From Flavobacteriales bacterium (GTDB taxonomy: Bacteria; Bacteroidota; Bacteroidia; Palsa-965): a stretch of DNA of 64,000 nucleotides. The stretch covers positions 4,177-68,176 of the forward strand of contig JBEIPA010000006.1 of the NCBI GenBank assembly GCA_040377305.1, given 5' to 3'. This document shows positions 27,854-36,526 of this stretch, piece after piece. The notes below the pieces were generated by a model. The model was not told the origin of the DNA. It searched no databases and worked only from the letters and a program-made list of their open reading frames with translations. The position numbers and the translations under genes are program-made. How positions within the stretch are numbered: position 1 is the first letter of the stretch; each line of letters begins with the position of its first letter.

Positions 27854-29070
27854 ACGATGATCTCAACAATTCCTGCGGGACTTATATGCGGAGTTGTTGC
27901 TTCGATCACAGCGTCATTAACTTCCGCCGGACTAGGGGCTGCAGTTCTCGCGAGAAGCAGTACCGCTGCACCTTTTTCAGATATACCAGAATGCTTTCTG
28001 ATTGATGCCATCCATTCCTTGCATCTGCTTACGTCGGTTGGTACATCCTGTCGTGCTATCTGATCAAGCGTGTCGAAAACTTCTTCCCCCGGTTGTGGAG
28101 TATAATTCACACTCATGCTTCGGATTTCCGCAGCCAGTTTATCGTTCTGAACTACTCTCGAAAAAACATATCCCGAAAGATTCTTTGTAGCTAGTCCGAC
28201 GTCGGTTGTGTCAGCATTCAGATTATCGCGAAGAACTGTGGTCAACGCCAGCACAACTCTCGGTTGTACAATATTCTTCAGAATCGGAAAATCATGGTTC
28301 GTCTTTTCTTTAAGATACTCCGTCGCTTGCGCGTACTTGTCAGGAACACCTTTCGTCCACTTTTTTTCCAAACGGATCGCGCCAGGTGCTTGTCTGATTA
28401 CCCGCAGGTACGTCATGAACGTATCAGATTTCAGTGTTGACTTCTCAGTAACTTTATATTCACCGTTCACGTGCTTGCCCGCTTTCCACCCGGTTTTCGA
28501 AATAAGATCTGCCGTATCATTAATCGCTTCCTGCTCCAATTCAACTCCGATTGCATCCATAAATTTATTCAGGAAACCCATCATGCTAATTGAGTAGACG
28601 ATCTGTTCCACTTCCGCTGGAGAGAAATATTGAGCCATGGATTTACAGTGCGCCAAAGTAAGTTCAACAGGCACGCGCGATAAAGCTTCGGCCATCGCAA
28701 CAACTGCTTCTTCCTTCGCTGTACGTTTGCCTGCAATCGCTTCTGGTGTTGCTCCTCTTCTCAAGGCAAAAGAACACGTGTGTGCCGAGCAGTACGGACA
28801 CTCAGCCGCTCTGCTGGATGTGTACATCGCAAGACCCATCGCTGCTTTAAAAGATTTCCTGCCAAAAATTGTATTCGGCAAGTTGAACATATTCGGCACA
28901 AGGATATTGTATGTTCTGAAACCTGTCGGCCATATTTCTAAAATCGGATCACACGCCGGCACCACACCAATCAACTCTTTCACCAGCGCCAACATGGGAT
29001 GATAATATTTGTGCAGCGTTTCAAAATTTACCGATGCTGATTTTAGACTACTTGCGAGTGTGTGGGTCAT
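27793..29070 (-). CDS. carboxymuconolactone decarboxylase / AhpD-like family protein (double domain)
   Basis: AECPYCSAHT matches the AhpD-core CxxCxxxH motif. Confidence 0.6.
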   Translation of the reverse strand: MTHTLASSLKSASVNFETLHKYYHPMLALVKELIGVVPACDPILEIWPTGFRTYNILVPNMFNLPNTIFGRKSFKAAMGLAMYTSSRAAECPYCSAHTCSFALRRGATPEAIAGKRTAKEEAVVAMAEALSRVPVELTLAHCKSMAQYFSPAEVEQIVYSISMMGFLNKFMDAIGVELEQEAINDTADLISKTGWKAGKHVNGEYKVTEKSTLKSDTFMTYLRVIRQAPGAIRLEKKWTKGVPDKYAQATEYLKEKTNHDFPILKNIVQPRVVLALTTVLRDNLNADTTDVGLATKNLSGYVFSRVVQNDKLAAEIRSMSVNYTPQPGEEVFDTLDQIARQDVPTDVSRCKEWMASIRKHSGISEKGAAVLLLARTAAPSPAEVNDAVIEATTPHISPAGIVEIIVWLSVLQLLHRLGSYYAVVK

Positions 29071-29263
29071 GTAGACTGTTTTTCTTTTATATTCTTTCGG
29101 ACAACGACATCGCTGCTACTAAGACGCGTATGCATTGCAGCACATGTGTTGGAAAGTTAAGAAATTCCAGACTTGTAAATTGATATACGCTGAATTCAGG
29201 GTTCAGCACACATGGCTGAAGTGCCGATCAGAATTACATCATACATGTTGATCGAATACACAC

Positions 29264-29689
29264 TCATTCGGAAGCCATAAGCCCAAATCGAATTGCCTCT
29301 TTCAGCACTTCAATCTTTATATCCTTCAACGTTTTGAAAGCAATACAATATCCGGTCACTTTCGCTTTGCCTATTTTCTTGCCATACGCATTCTGCAAAT
29401 GTTTTTTGTCGGCCAGACCAATAATGTAAACTGAGATTCCGCTTTTTCCGGCAGCAAATCCAACGCGATAAAACGCTCTGGTTTTTCCACCGGCAAGTTG
29501 CATCGTTTGCTCTCCGTAACCAATATTTGGATTAGTCACTTGTTTGCCCTGCTCGTTCTTGCCATCGAGAAACCACAACTTACTTTTTGGAGAAAGCTTA
29601 ACTGCAAGCTCGTGCAAGGTCTGCATGTCGGCACGCTGCGCGTCGGGAAGACTGGCAATATGTTCTTTGATTTGAGCTTTTACGGTCAT
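29264..29689 (-). CDS. DUF1801 (YdhG-like) domain protein
   Basis: ATG at 29689 gives MTVKAQIKEHIASLPD. The longer ORF N-terminus overlaps an inverted repeat. Confidence 0.5.
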   Translation of the reverse strand: MTVKAQIKEHIASLPDAQRADMQTLHELAVKLSPKSKLWFLDGKNEQGKQVTNPNIGYGEQTMQLAGGKTRAFYRVGFAAGKSGISVYIIGLADKKHLQNAYGKKIGKAKVTGYCIAFKTLKDIKIEVLKEAIRFGLMASE

Positions 29690-29767
29690 AGATCTTGAAA
29701 ATTCAAATTGTTTCACTTGTTCGTAGTAATCGTGCCAGTGTTTCGTACTTGACGGCTCTGCCGTCTT

Positions 29768-29868
29768 GCCACAGATTCGCAGATTTCTCAGATTACGCAA
29801 ATTGTTTTTTTGCCTTACGGCTCAAACATTTTAATCTGAGAAATCAGGGTAATCTGCGAATCTGTGGC
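29768..29868. repeat. nested inverted repeat (18-bp arms tgccacagattcgcagat / atctgcgaatctgtggca plus inner tctcagatt/aatctgaga)
   Basis: Read directly. It sits between the DUF1801 gene start and the AHSA1 gene stop. Confidence 0.6.
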
Positions 29869-29911
29869 AAAGCGCCTTTAGGCGCAACTGCATGGTGCTT
29901 TAGAAGTGCAA

Positions 29912-30412
29912 TTATTTCCCAGTCAAATCCCTCAGCAACTCATCAAGGCTATTCAACGTCATCTTGAATCCTTCGGTGAAGCCCATTGCAAGTTGTTTCT
30001 CCATACGTTCCAGTGATTCATTGTAAATGGAAATACGCACAGTGGTCTTTCCGTTTTGTTCACTGAACGTGTGATCCCAATCCGATCCCGGTAATTCCAT
30101 ATTTTCATTCTCATCTGCAAACGCATTGAGAAATTTGAAATTGGTTTTCGGTGTGATAGAAGTGTACTTCTGCACTGCCCACTTCAGAACCACTCCGTCC
30201 GGACCTACCATCGCATAAAATCTTCGTCCGCCTTCTTCGAAATTCAAAACTTTTGTTCTCGATGTAAATGGTTTCGGCGCCCACCACTGATCCAGAATTT
30301 CAGCTACGGTAAAGGCATCCCACACGAGTGAAAGTTCTGCATCGAATTCTCTGGTAATGTTTACCGTTTGTTTTGCTTTGTCGACGGTGAAATCGAATAA
30401 TAGATTGTTCAT
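29912..30412 (-). CDS. SRPBCC AHSA1-like (activator of Hsp90 ATPase homolog) family protein
   Basis: FDA..ELVW.AFT..E.L.QWW motif. It is a paralog of 30631..31125 and lies in the ArsR operon. Confidence 0.75.
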   Translation of the reverse strand: MNNLLFDFTVDKAKQTVNITREFDAELSLVWDAFTVAEILDQWWAPKPFTSRTKVLNFEEGGRRFYAMVGPDGVVLKWAVQKYTSITPKTNFKFLNAFADENENMELPGSDWDHTFSEQNGKTTVRISIYNESLERMEKQLAMGFTEGFKMTLNSLDELLRDLTGK

Positions 30413-30434
30413 CTGTTGTTGTTTTAATCGCTTC

Positions 30435-30589
30435 GCGATTGCTTCACCACGGAGACACGGCGAGCACGGCGAATTGTTTGTTATTGTTTTTTTTATCGAT
30501 CCGCGATTGGTTTACCAAGGAGGCACGGCGAGCACGGCATTCTGTTATTTGTACGTCTAACACCTTTAAAATCTTTCGCCGTGCTCGCC
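30435..30589. repeat. intergenic CACGGCGAGCACGGCG inverted-repeat elements (one half-copy plus one full hairpin copy)
   Basis: caccacggagacacggcgagcacggcg (30435-30461) is the half-copy. The full copy has arms accaaggaggcacggcgagcacggc (30504-30528) and gccgtgctcgccgtggtaaagc (30568-30589). Confidence 0.7.
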
Positions 30590-30630
30590 GTGGTAAAGCT
30601 TCGCCATCGGCGACGCCAAGCATCAGCCGT

Positions 30631-31125
30631 CTATTTTTTGGCCAGCATCTTGTCGAGATTTTCCATCGCCATCTGCAACCCTTCTTTGAAGCCCATCGCA
30701 ATCGTTGCCTCCAACTGCGCGAGATCTGGAAACACCATGATGCCGTGCACGAGCGTGTTCTCTCCCATGTCCGTGAAATTCATCGTCCACTTTGATTGTG
30801 GTAGAGCCGGATTAATATTTCCATCTGCGTCACCAAACGCGTCATCGGCAAGAAACAACTTCTGTGGTTCAATCTTCACATAGCTGGCTATTGCCCAGTG
30901 CTCTTCACCATTCGGCCCTACGGCAGCATAATGCCATCTACCGCCTTCACGAAAGTCCATACTTTTTGTGCGCGACTTCCAGGGATGCGGCATCCACCAC
31001 TGATCGAGAAGTTCTGATTTCGTGTAACAATCCCAAACCGTCGGGCGGTCAGCCGCGAATTCGCGCTTGATGTTGATCGTGTTCGTTGTTTTGTCGACCG
31101 TGAAGTCGGAGAATAAGTTTTTCAT
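30631..31125 (-). CDS. SRPBCC AHSA1-like family protein (paralog)
   Basis: MKNLFSDFTVDKTTNTINIKREFAADRPTVWDCYTKSELLDQWW. Confidence 0.75.
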   Translation of the reverse strand: MKNLFSDFTVDKTTNTINIKREFAADRPTVWDCYTKSELLDQWWMPHPWKSRTKSMDFREGGRWHYAAVGPNGEEHWAIASYVKIEPQKLFLADDAFGDADGNINPALPQSKWTMNFTDMGENTLVHGIMVFPDLAQLEATIAMGFKEGLQMAMENLDKMLAKK

Positions 31126-31158
31126 GTTGTTTTGTTTTCTGATTGCTTCGCAATTGCT

Positions 31159-31320
31159 CTACCACGGCGACACGGCGAGCACGGCGATTTTATTTGTTTG
31201 CCTTCTATTTTCAATTCGTAATTGTACAATCACCTCTGCACACAAGTACAGAGTACTATTTGTTCTCCCTTAAATATTTAACCCTTTTCGCCGTGCTCGC
31301 CGTGGCACCGTGGTAAAGCC
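31159..31320. repeat. third copy of the CACGGCGAGCACGGCG inverted-repeat element (long-loop version)
   Basis: Arms ctaccacggcgacacggcgagcacggcg (31159-31186) and cgccgtgctcgccgtggcaccgtggtaaagcc (31289-31320). Confidence 0.7.
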
Positions 31321-31339
31321 TGAGCAGCGCGAAGAGAGT

Positions 31340-31708
31340 TCATCGCTTTTGTTTCTTAATGGTAGCAAGTACTTTGTCTAATTGATTAAATCGATCTTCC
31401 CATATCTTTCTGAATTGCTCCAGCCATTTATCTACTTCTTTCATTTTTTTGATCTCGAGCTCGTAATAAATCTCTCGCCCTTCCTGCTTCGGCTTTACCA
31501 ATTCACATTCGGTCAGTATTCTCAGGTGCTTCGAGATAGCCTGCCGTGTCGTGTCGAAATGTTCTGCAATAGCATTAGGCGTCATTGCTTGTAACGCGAT
31601 GAGTGTAATGATTGCCCTGCGTGTCGGATCGGCAATGGCCTGAAAAACGTCTCTTCTCATTGGTGTTTGGTTATATGCGCAACCATTTGATTGCAAATAT
31701 ATGCGCAA
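31340..31708 (-). CDS. ArsR/SmtB family transcriptional regulator
   Basis: [17 protein letters not shown]...[22 protein letters not shown] wHTH signature. Confidence 0.85.
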   Translation of the reverse strand: MRIYLQSNGCAYNQTPMRRDVFQAIADPTRRAIITLIALQAMTPNAIAEHFDTTRQAISKHLRILTECELVKPKQEGREIYYELEIKKMKEVDKWLEQFRKIWEDRFNQLDKVLATIKKQKR

Positions 31709-31863
31709 CTAATCGGTTTCGCAAATATATTTCATGAAATTTTGGAAAAATGGGGATTTGATTTGAATTCCGTCCTTTACATTCTGCAAATCAGCATATC
31801 AACTAATCTGCAAATCAACTAATCAAAAGCCGGGATCTCGTTCTCACTATCATTTTCCTCTGT

Positions 31864-32418
31864 TCATCGTGCTGCCGACTGGTAATACATCACCACCGCT
31901 CCACACCGCAACGTTTTTGTCTTCAGCAATTTCAAATCCACCTGTTCCGTAATATTCTTAAACAAGGTCAATCCTTTCCCCAGAATCACCGGGTGAATCA
32001 TCAGTTGGTATTCATCCACCAAGTTGAGTTTGGTGAAGGCAACGATCATGCTTGGACTACCTACCATGATATCTTTACCTGTCTGTTGCTTAAGCTCCAG
32101 AATCTCCTCTTTGACCAGTTCATTTTTCAATGTAGAATTCTTCCACGCTACATTCTTCAGTGTACGTGAGTAAACAATTTTTGGAATGTTGTCGATCAGC
32201 ACTGCAAATTCATCACTGGTCTTGATGCCGCTTGGTTCTTCTACCAGCTTTGGCCAGTAGCTTTCCATCATCTGGAACGTTGTCCTTCCGTAGATGAGCG
32301 TGCCTGCACTACTCAATAAATCATTGTAGTGCTGGTGTGTTTCATCGTCAACGATCCCTGCGGTGTGATCACAGAAACCATCGAGGGTCATATTCATTGC
32401 TGCAATTACTTTTCTCAT
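31864..32418 (-). CDS. dihydrofolate reductase family protein (RibD C-terminal-like)
   Basis: MRKVIAAMNMTLDGF...YGRTTF...MVGSPSMI...MIHPVILGKG. Confidence 0.8.
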   Translation of the reverse strand: MRKVIAAMNMTLDGFCDHTAGIVDDETHQHYNDLLSSAGTLIYGRTTFQMMESYWPKLVEEPSGIKTSDEFAVLIDNIPKIVYSRTLKNVAWKNSTLKNELVKEEILELKQQTGKDIMVGSPSMIVAFTKLNLVDEYQLMIHPVILGKGLTLFKNITEQVDLKLLKTKTLRCGAVVMYYQSAAR

Positions 32419-32430
32419 CGCGTTCCGTAA

Positions 32431-33227
32431 TTAATTCCAAATCTCATTCATCTCTGTCAATATGATCGGCTTTCCATCCGTCACGACAATCGTATGTTCA
32501 TGTTGCGCCATAAACCCTCCTTTATCTCCAACCATGGTCCAACCGTCACTAATCGTTTCAGCATAAGTAGATTTTGTGGAGATAAACGTTTCAATCGCAA
32601 CAACAGAGTTTTTCTTAAAGCGCGTCGTATTAAACCGGTCTTTGTAATTCGCAATTTCGCTGGGCTCTTCGTGAAGACTTCTTCCGATTCCGTGACCGGT
32701 CAGATTCTTGATCACTTTGTAACCACGTTTTTTTGCTTCCGTTTCTATCAGATGACCAATGTCGGAAATGCGAACACCGCCTTTGATACTGAAGATGGCT
32801 TTGTGAAGAATCTCTTTCGAAGCCTCAATGAGTTTCTGGTGTTGATTGATGTCTTCGCCTATCACAAAGAACCGCCGTTGTCCGACCAGAAACCATTCAG
32901 CTCGGCAGATACATCGATGTTGATCAGGTCGCCTTCCTTCAGAATTCTTTTCTCCGACGGAATACCGTGACAAAATTCATTGTTCACACTGATGCACGTA
33001 AAGCCAGGAAACTTGTACGTCTCGTATGGTGCTGATTTTGCTCCGAGATCAGAAAGTATTTTGGCGCCGTAGTTGTCCAATTCCTTCGTGCTCATTCCGG
33101 GCTGAGCGAAGTTTCGCATTTCTTTCAAAGTCAAAGCAACTGCTTCGCTTGCTTTTTTCATTCCCGATAGTTCGGTGTCGTTGGTGATGGACATGATACT
33201 GTGCGTCTCAATTATTAGCTGATCCAA
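32431..33227 (-). pseudogene. map: type I methionine aminopeptidase interrupted by a +1 frameshift
   Basis: ORF 32862..33227 encodes the MetAP N-half through DVSAELNGFWSDNGGSL*. The overlapping ORF 32431..32973 in another frame continues ..FFVIGED...TGHGIGRSLHEEP. The frames switch within GACAACGGCGG near 32875-32890. Confidence 0.6.
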
Positions 33228-33259
33228 CTTTCTGTGTTGGGAGTACCAAATTAATGATT

Positions 33260-34255
33260 CTACTTCTCTAAAAAATCATTCAGCGGCTTTATAAACCGGT
33301 CAAACGATTCAATGTGCGGAAGATGTCCAATATCATCCAGTTCCACCAATGTCGAATTGGGAATAGCCTTTTGTGTTTTCTTTCCCAATTCATTGTACAA
33401 TCCCATTTTCGCCTGCATCTCTTTCGTTGCACGCTCTTTTCCGATTGCTGTTCTGTCCCGCGTGCCGATGATCAGCAGAGTCGGACATTTTATATTTCCA
33501 AACTCATACACTACAGGCTGAGTGAACACCATATCAGTCGTCAATGCCGCATTCCACGCAATGAGCGGATAATCTGCATGCAGTGTCCAGCCCGCCAAAA
33601 GATATAACCAACGATCATACTGCGGCTTCCAGTTGTTGTCGTAATAATATTTCAGCTGGTACGCGCGATAACTCTCCACGGTGTTCTTCAGTTCACTCTG
33701 GTAATTCGCGTCAATACTCTGATAGCTCGTCTGCACTTTGTAGTCCTCCAGACCGATTGGATTTTCAAGAATGAGTTTCTCCGTCATCTCCGGATACGAC
33801 AATGCAAAACGCGTTGCCAGCATTCCGCCCATAGAATGACCGAGCACAATCACTTTGGTAAGTCTCAGACTGTCCAGAATAGATTTGATATTGAAAGCCA
33901 GCTGATGAAAACTGTATTGATAATTCTGCGGCTTCGTCGATTTTCCAAAACCAATCTGATCCGGCGCGATGACACGATATCCTTTTGCATTCAGTGCAGC
34001 AATGGTCTGTTCCCAATACGCCGCGTTGAAATTCTTTCCGTGAAGCAACAGAACCGTTTTTCCGTTCGTCATGAGTGGAGCCACATCCATATACGCCATT
34101 CGCATCTGCTGACCCTGAGATTTGAACGCATGAAACTTCACCTCGAAAGGATAAGTCACGGTAGAAAGATCTTTGTCCAGCGCCGTTAATTTATCCTGGG
34201 AGAAACAAGGAATTGCCGTTACGAAAAAGAACAGCAGAAGAATATGGATTTTCAT
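33260..34255 (-). CDS. secreted alpha/beta-hydrolase fold protein
   Basis: Signal MKIHILLLFFFVTAIPCFSQ. GHSMGG nucleophile elbow. Confidence 0.8.
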   Translation of the reverse strand: MKIHILLLFFFVTAIPCFSQDKLTALDKDLSTVTYPFEVKFHAFKSQGQQMRMAYMDVAPLMTNGKTVLLLHGKNFNAAYWEQTIAALNAKGYRVIAPDQIGFGKSTKPQNYQYSFHQLAFNIKSILDSLRLTKVIVLGHSMGGMLATRFALSYPEMTEKLILENPIGLEDYKVQTSYQSIDANYQSELKNTVESYRAYQLKYYYDNNWKPQYDRWLYLLAGWTLHADYPLIAWNAALTTDMVFTQPVVYEFGNIKCPTLLIIGTRDRTAIGKERATKEMQAKMGLYNELGKKTQKAIPNSTLVELDDIGHLPHIESFDRFIKPLNDFLEK

Positions 34256-34428
34256 TGCGAAATGATTTCAGTTTGAATTTGAACGTGTGGATAATATCAC
34301 TCGTTCATCACTCAAATTTCATTCCGGTTTGTATCAATCCAATTTGCTTTCACGTGACTTGGTCTATGAGAACGGCTCACTCACGCAGCGAGTGCATTAT
34401 CCCCTAAACATGCTTATGATAACCGCGT

Positions 34429-34450
34429 CGTCCCGATAGCTATCGGGACG
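34429..34450. repeat. 22-bp perfect palindrome cgtcccgatagctatcgggacg; left boundary repeat of the R-M island
   Basis: Its 18-bp core tcccgatagctatcggga recurs identically at 41519-41536. Confidence 0.8.
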
Positions 34451-34670
34451 CGCGGATAGCAGAAGCAGGTTGGAACAGAATTTTGTCTTGATGACCAATC
34501 ACCTCATGATTGGGAAGTGTTGCCTCGGGGAGTGAGAAATCGGTAATAGTTTTATTGAGAGAGGCAATGTGTTGCCGCATGGCAAAACTGATACTTAAGC
34601 TTCGCACTGCTTTAGAATTACTTCAACAGATCGATATTGATCGAAGAGTGGCTACGGTCTTTAATGTAGG

Positions 34671-34835
34671 TCACGCCGCAGAGCGACTTTTGCCTTTAGT
34701 TGTACTGCGTTTCTTACTGCGCCTTTTCAATTTTTGCGCCCGCATGATCTCTCTGAATTCTTCCACTTCCTTGTCCGACCATGGCTCTGACTTAATAATC
34801 AGGTCAACGTTTTTAGGTTCTTTGATGAGTCCCAT
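34671..34835 (-). CDS. small basic protein (54 aa), second gene of a two-gene module
   Basis: ATG at 34835 is 4 nt after the stop of the upstream 174-aa ORF. The lysine/arginine-rich tail KLKRRSKKRSTTKGKSRSAA suggests nucleic-acid binding. Confidence 0.3.
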   Translation of the reverse strand: MGLIKEPKNVDLIIKSEPWSDKEVEEFREIMRAQKLKRRSKKRSTTKGKSRSAA

Positions 34836-34839
34836 GATT

Positions 34840-35364
34840 TCAGTTTTTAAAGTATTGTGCGACAAGTTTACCTGCCGATTCAGTATCAATGAACATCCGT
34901 TGACCTCGGAGATGTGTCGCCCCGATAGACTTTTGATAGTGTGAAATTAACTTTGTCTTACTATCAAATGCAACATAGCCATCATAATTCCTATCGAAAG
35001 CAAGCTTACATGCGAATGCCACTAAGTTGCCTGGAACGCCGAGATATAATTTATGCTTACCAATATTGAATTTTGCACTTTCAAGAAGATGCATGAAAAT
35101 ATGATCTTGCTTATCTTCAATTGCAACAAGTCCCTGTATTATTGACGCGTTATTGGCAGTAGTCAATTTGTAGATTTCCTTCGACTTGTCCTTGTGCTCT
35201 GACTTCCAATTGAACTGCCAGTCTTTGCGTGTAATTCCTTTTATGTCCTTTTCGGTGACCGCTATTATCTGCGTATCAAAGACTTCCCCGGAAAGAGTGT
35301 TTTCAATAGAGTTCGTCAGCTTGTCAATGACGAAATCAAGGTGCTTTTTTACTTCCCTTTTCAC
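34840..35364 (-). CDS. 174-aa protein, possible GNAT-like fold (weak), first gene of two-gene module in R-M island
   Basis: YLGVPGNLVAFACKLA could be a degenerate acetyl-CoA-binding motif. No stronger signature. Confidence 0.3.
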   Translation of the reverse strand: MKREVKKHLDFVIDKLTNSIENTLSGEVFDTQIIAVTEKDIKGITRKDWQFNWKSEHKDKSKEIYKLTTANNASIIQGLVAIEDKQDHIFMHLLESAKFNIGKHKLYLGVPGNLVAFACKLAFDRNYDGYVAFDSKTKLISHYQKSIGATHLRGQRMFIDTESAGKLVAQYFKN

Positions 35365-35446
35365 CCTCTAATTTACGAAATATTAAGCGGACCTGAAAAT
35401 GCGTTTAAGGAGCAAAAATGGGGCGAGCCCATCGCTTCACGCACCT

Positions 35447-36265
35447 CTATTCCTTCACAATCCTCTTCACCACTCTCCCCTCATTCGTCGCAACTTCCAG
35501 AATGTATACACCCGCTGCGTATCCGGTCAAGTCAATGCTCGGACTTTTTGAAACCAACACGGTATTACCCTGAAGATCTTTTACGGTAACAGATTCCGTT
35601 ACACACGAAGATGACGTTGCAATGGAAATCACACCCGATGTCGGATTCGGATAAACCTGAATCATTGCATCTGCTGTTGCAAGATTATTCGTGTTTGTGA
35701 TATCGGAAATCGTAAAATCGTCAACGAAATTCCAGCCGTACGTACCTGCGATGGTGCGGATGGTGATGTGAGAGCAATTGATCGTCGGAGTAAATGTGAC
35801 AGTAACAAAATCCCAGGTGAGTCCGGGAACCGCAGCAGTATCAATTGCCGTTCCGAATAGCGTGCTGTCGTTTGAATAACCAATCTCGAGCAGGTTAGCT
35901 CCGTAACCCGGATCTTTGCGGTTATAAAAACTCAACAGATAAGTGTTACCTGCAACGAGTGGCGCAGACAACTCCATTGAAAATCCGTCAGTGAGTGTAT
36001 TCGTAATATCAACTGCCAGCCCTACAAATTGATTTCCATGTTCAGCCGTGCCATATCCACAGGGGTTGTTGATTATATCCAGCTGATCTGCAGAACCGAA
36101 TGCGTAACAATCGTTCATCATACCGTTGAACGAAGCGTTTGTGATATTGAAATTGCAGTTGCCGGAGGTACTTTCAAAACTGCCGTTGAGGAAGGTTTGG
36201 GCGGTGAGAAATGTTGGAGTTGAGAGAAGGAATGCGGAGAGGGTGAGGAGGTAGGAGTGTTTCAT
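35447..36265 (-). CDS. T9SS type-A CTD protein of unknown function
   Basis: ATG at 36265 gives MKHSYLLTLSAFLLSTPTFLTAQ. The C-terminal QVYPNPTSGVISIA...GVYILEV is a sorting domain. Confidence 0.7.
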   Translation of the reverse strand: MKHSYLLTLSAFLLSTPTFLTAQTFLNGSFESTSGNCNFNITNASFNGMMNDCYAFGSADQLDIINNPCGYGTAEHGNQFVGLAVDITNTLTDGFSMELSAPLVAGNTYLLSFYNRKDPGYGANLLEIGYSNDSTLFGTAIDTAAVPGLTWDFVTVTFTPTINCSHITIRTIAGTYGWNFVDDFTISDITNTNNLATADAMIQVYPNPTSGVISIATSSSCVTESVTVKDLQGNTVLVSKSPSIDLTGYAAGVYILEVATNEGRVVKRIVKE

Positions 36266-36526
36266 GGTTGGGGGTTGGTGAGTCGATGATTGTGAGATGA
36301 AATTTAGTAAATAATCCTCCAATAAATTTAGAAGAGTGTGTTCAGGTTAGTTGTGGTATTTCTGACAACCAAATTGCTGTCTTCACCATGCGAGTAATTT
36401 GCGTCGGTCCGAATGGGTTGGACGTAGAAGGTGTTGATTTGGGAGAAGCAGGTGGTGATGGTAACGAAGGAGATGATTGTAAAAATTAATCTCATGAGAT
36501 GACTGAGCTGATAGGGATGTGTTCAC

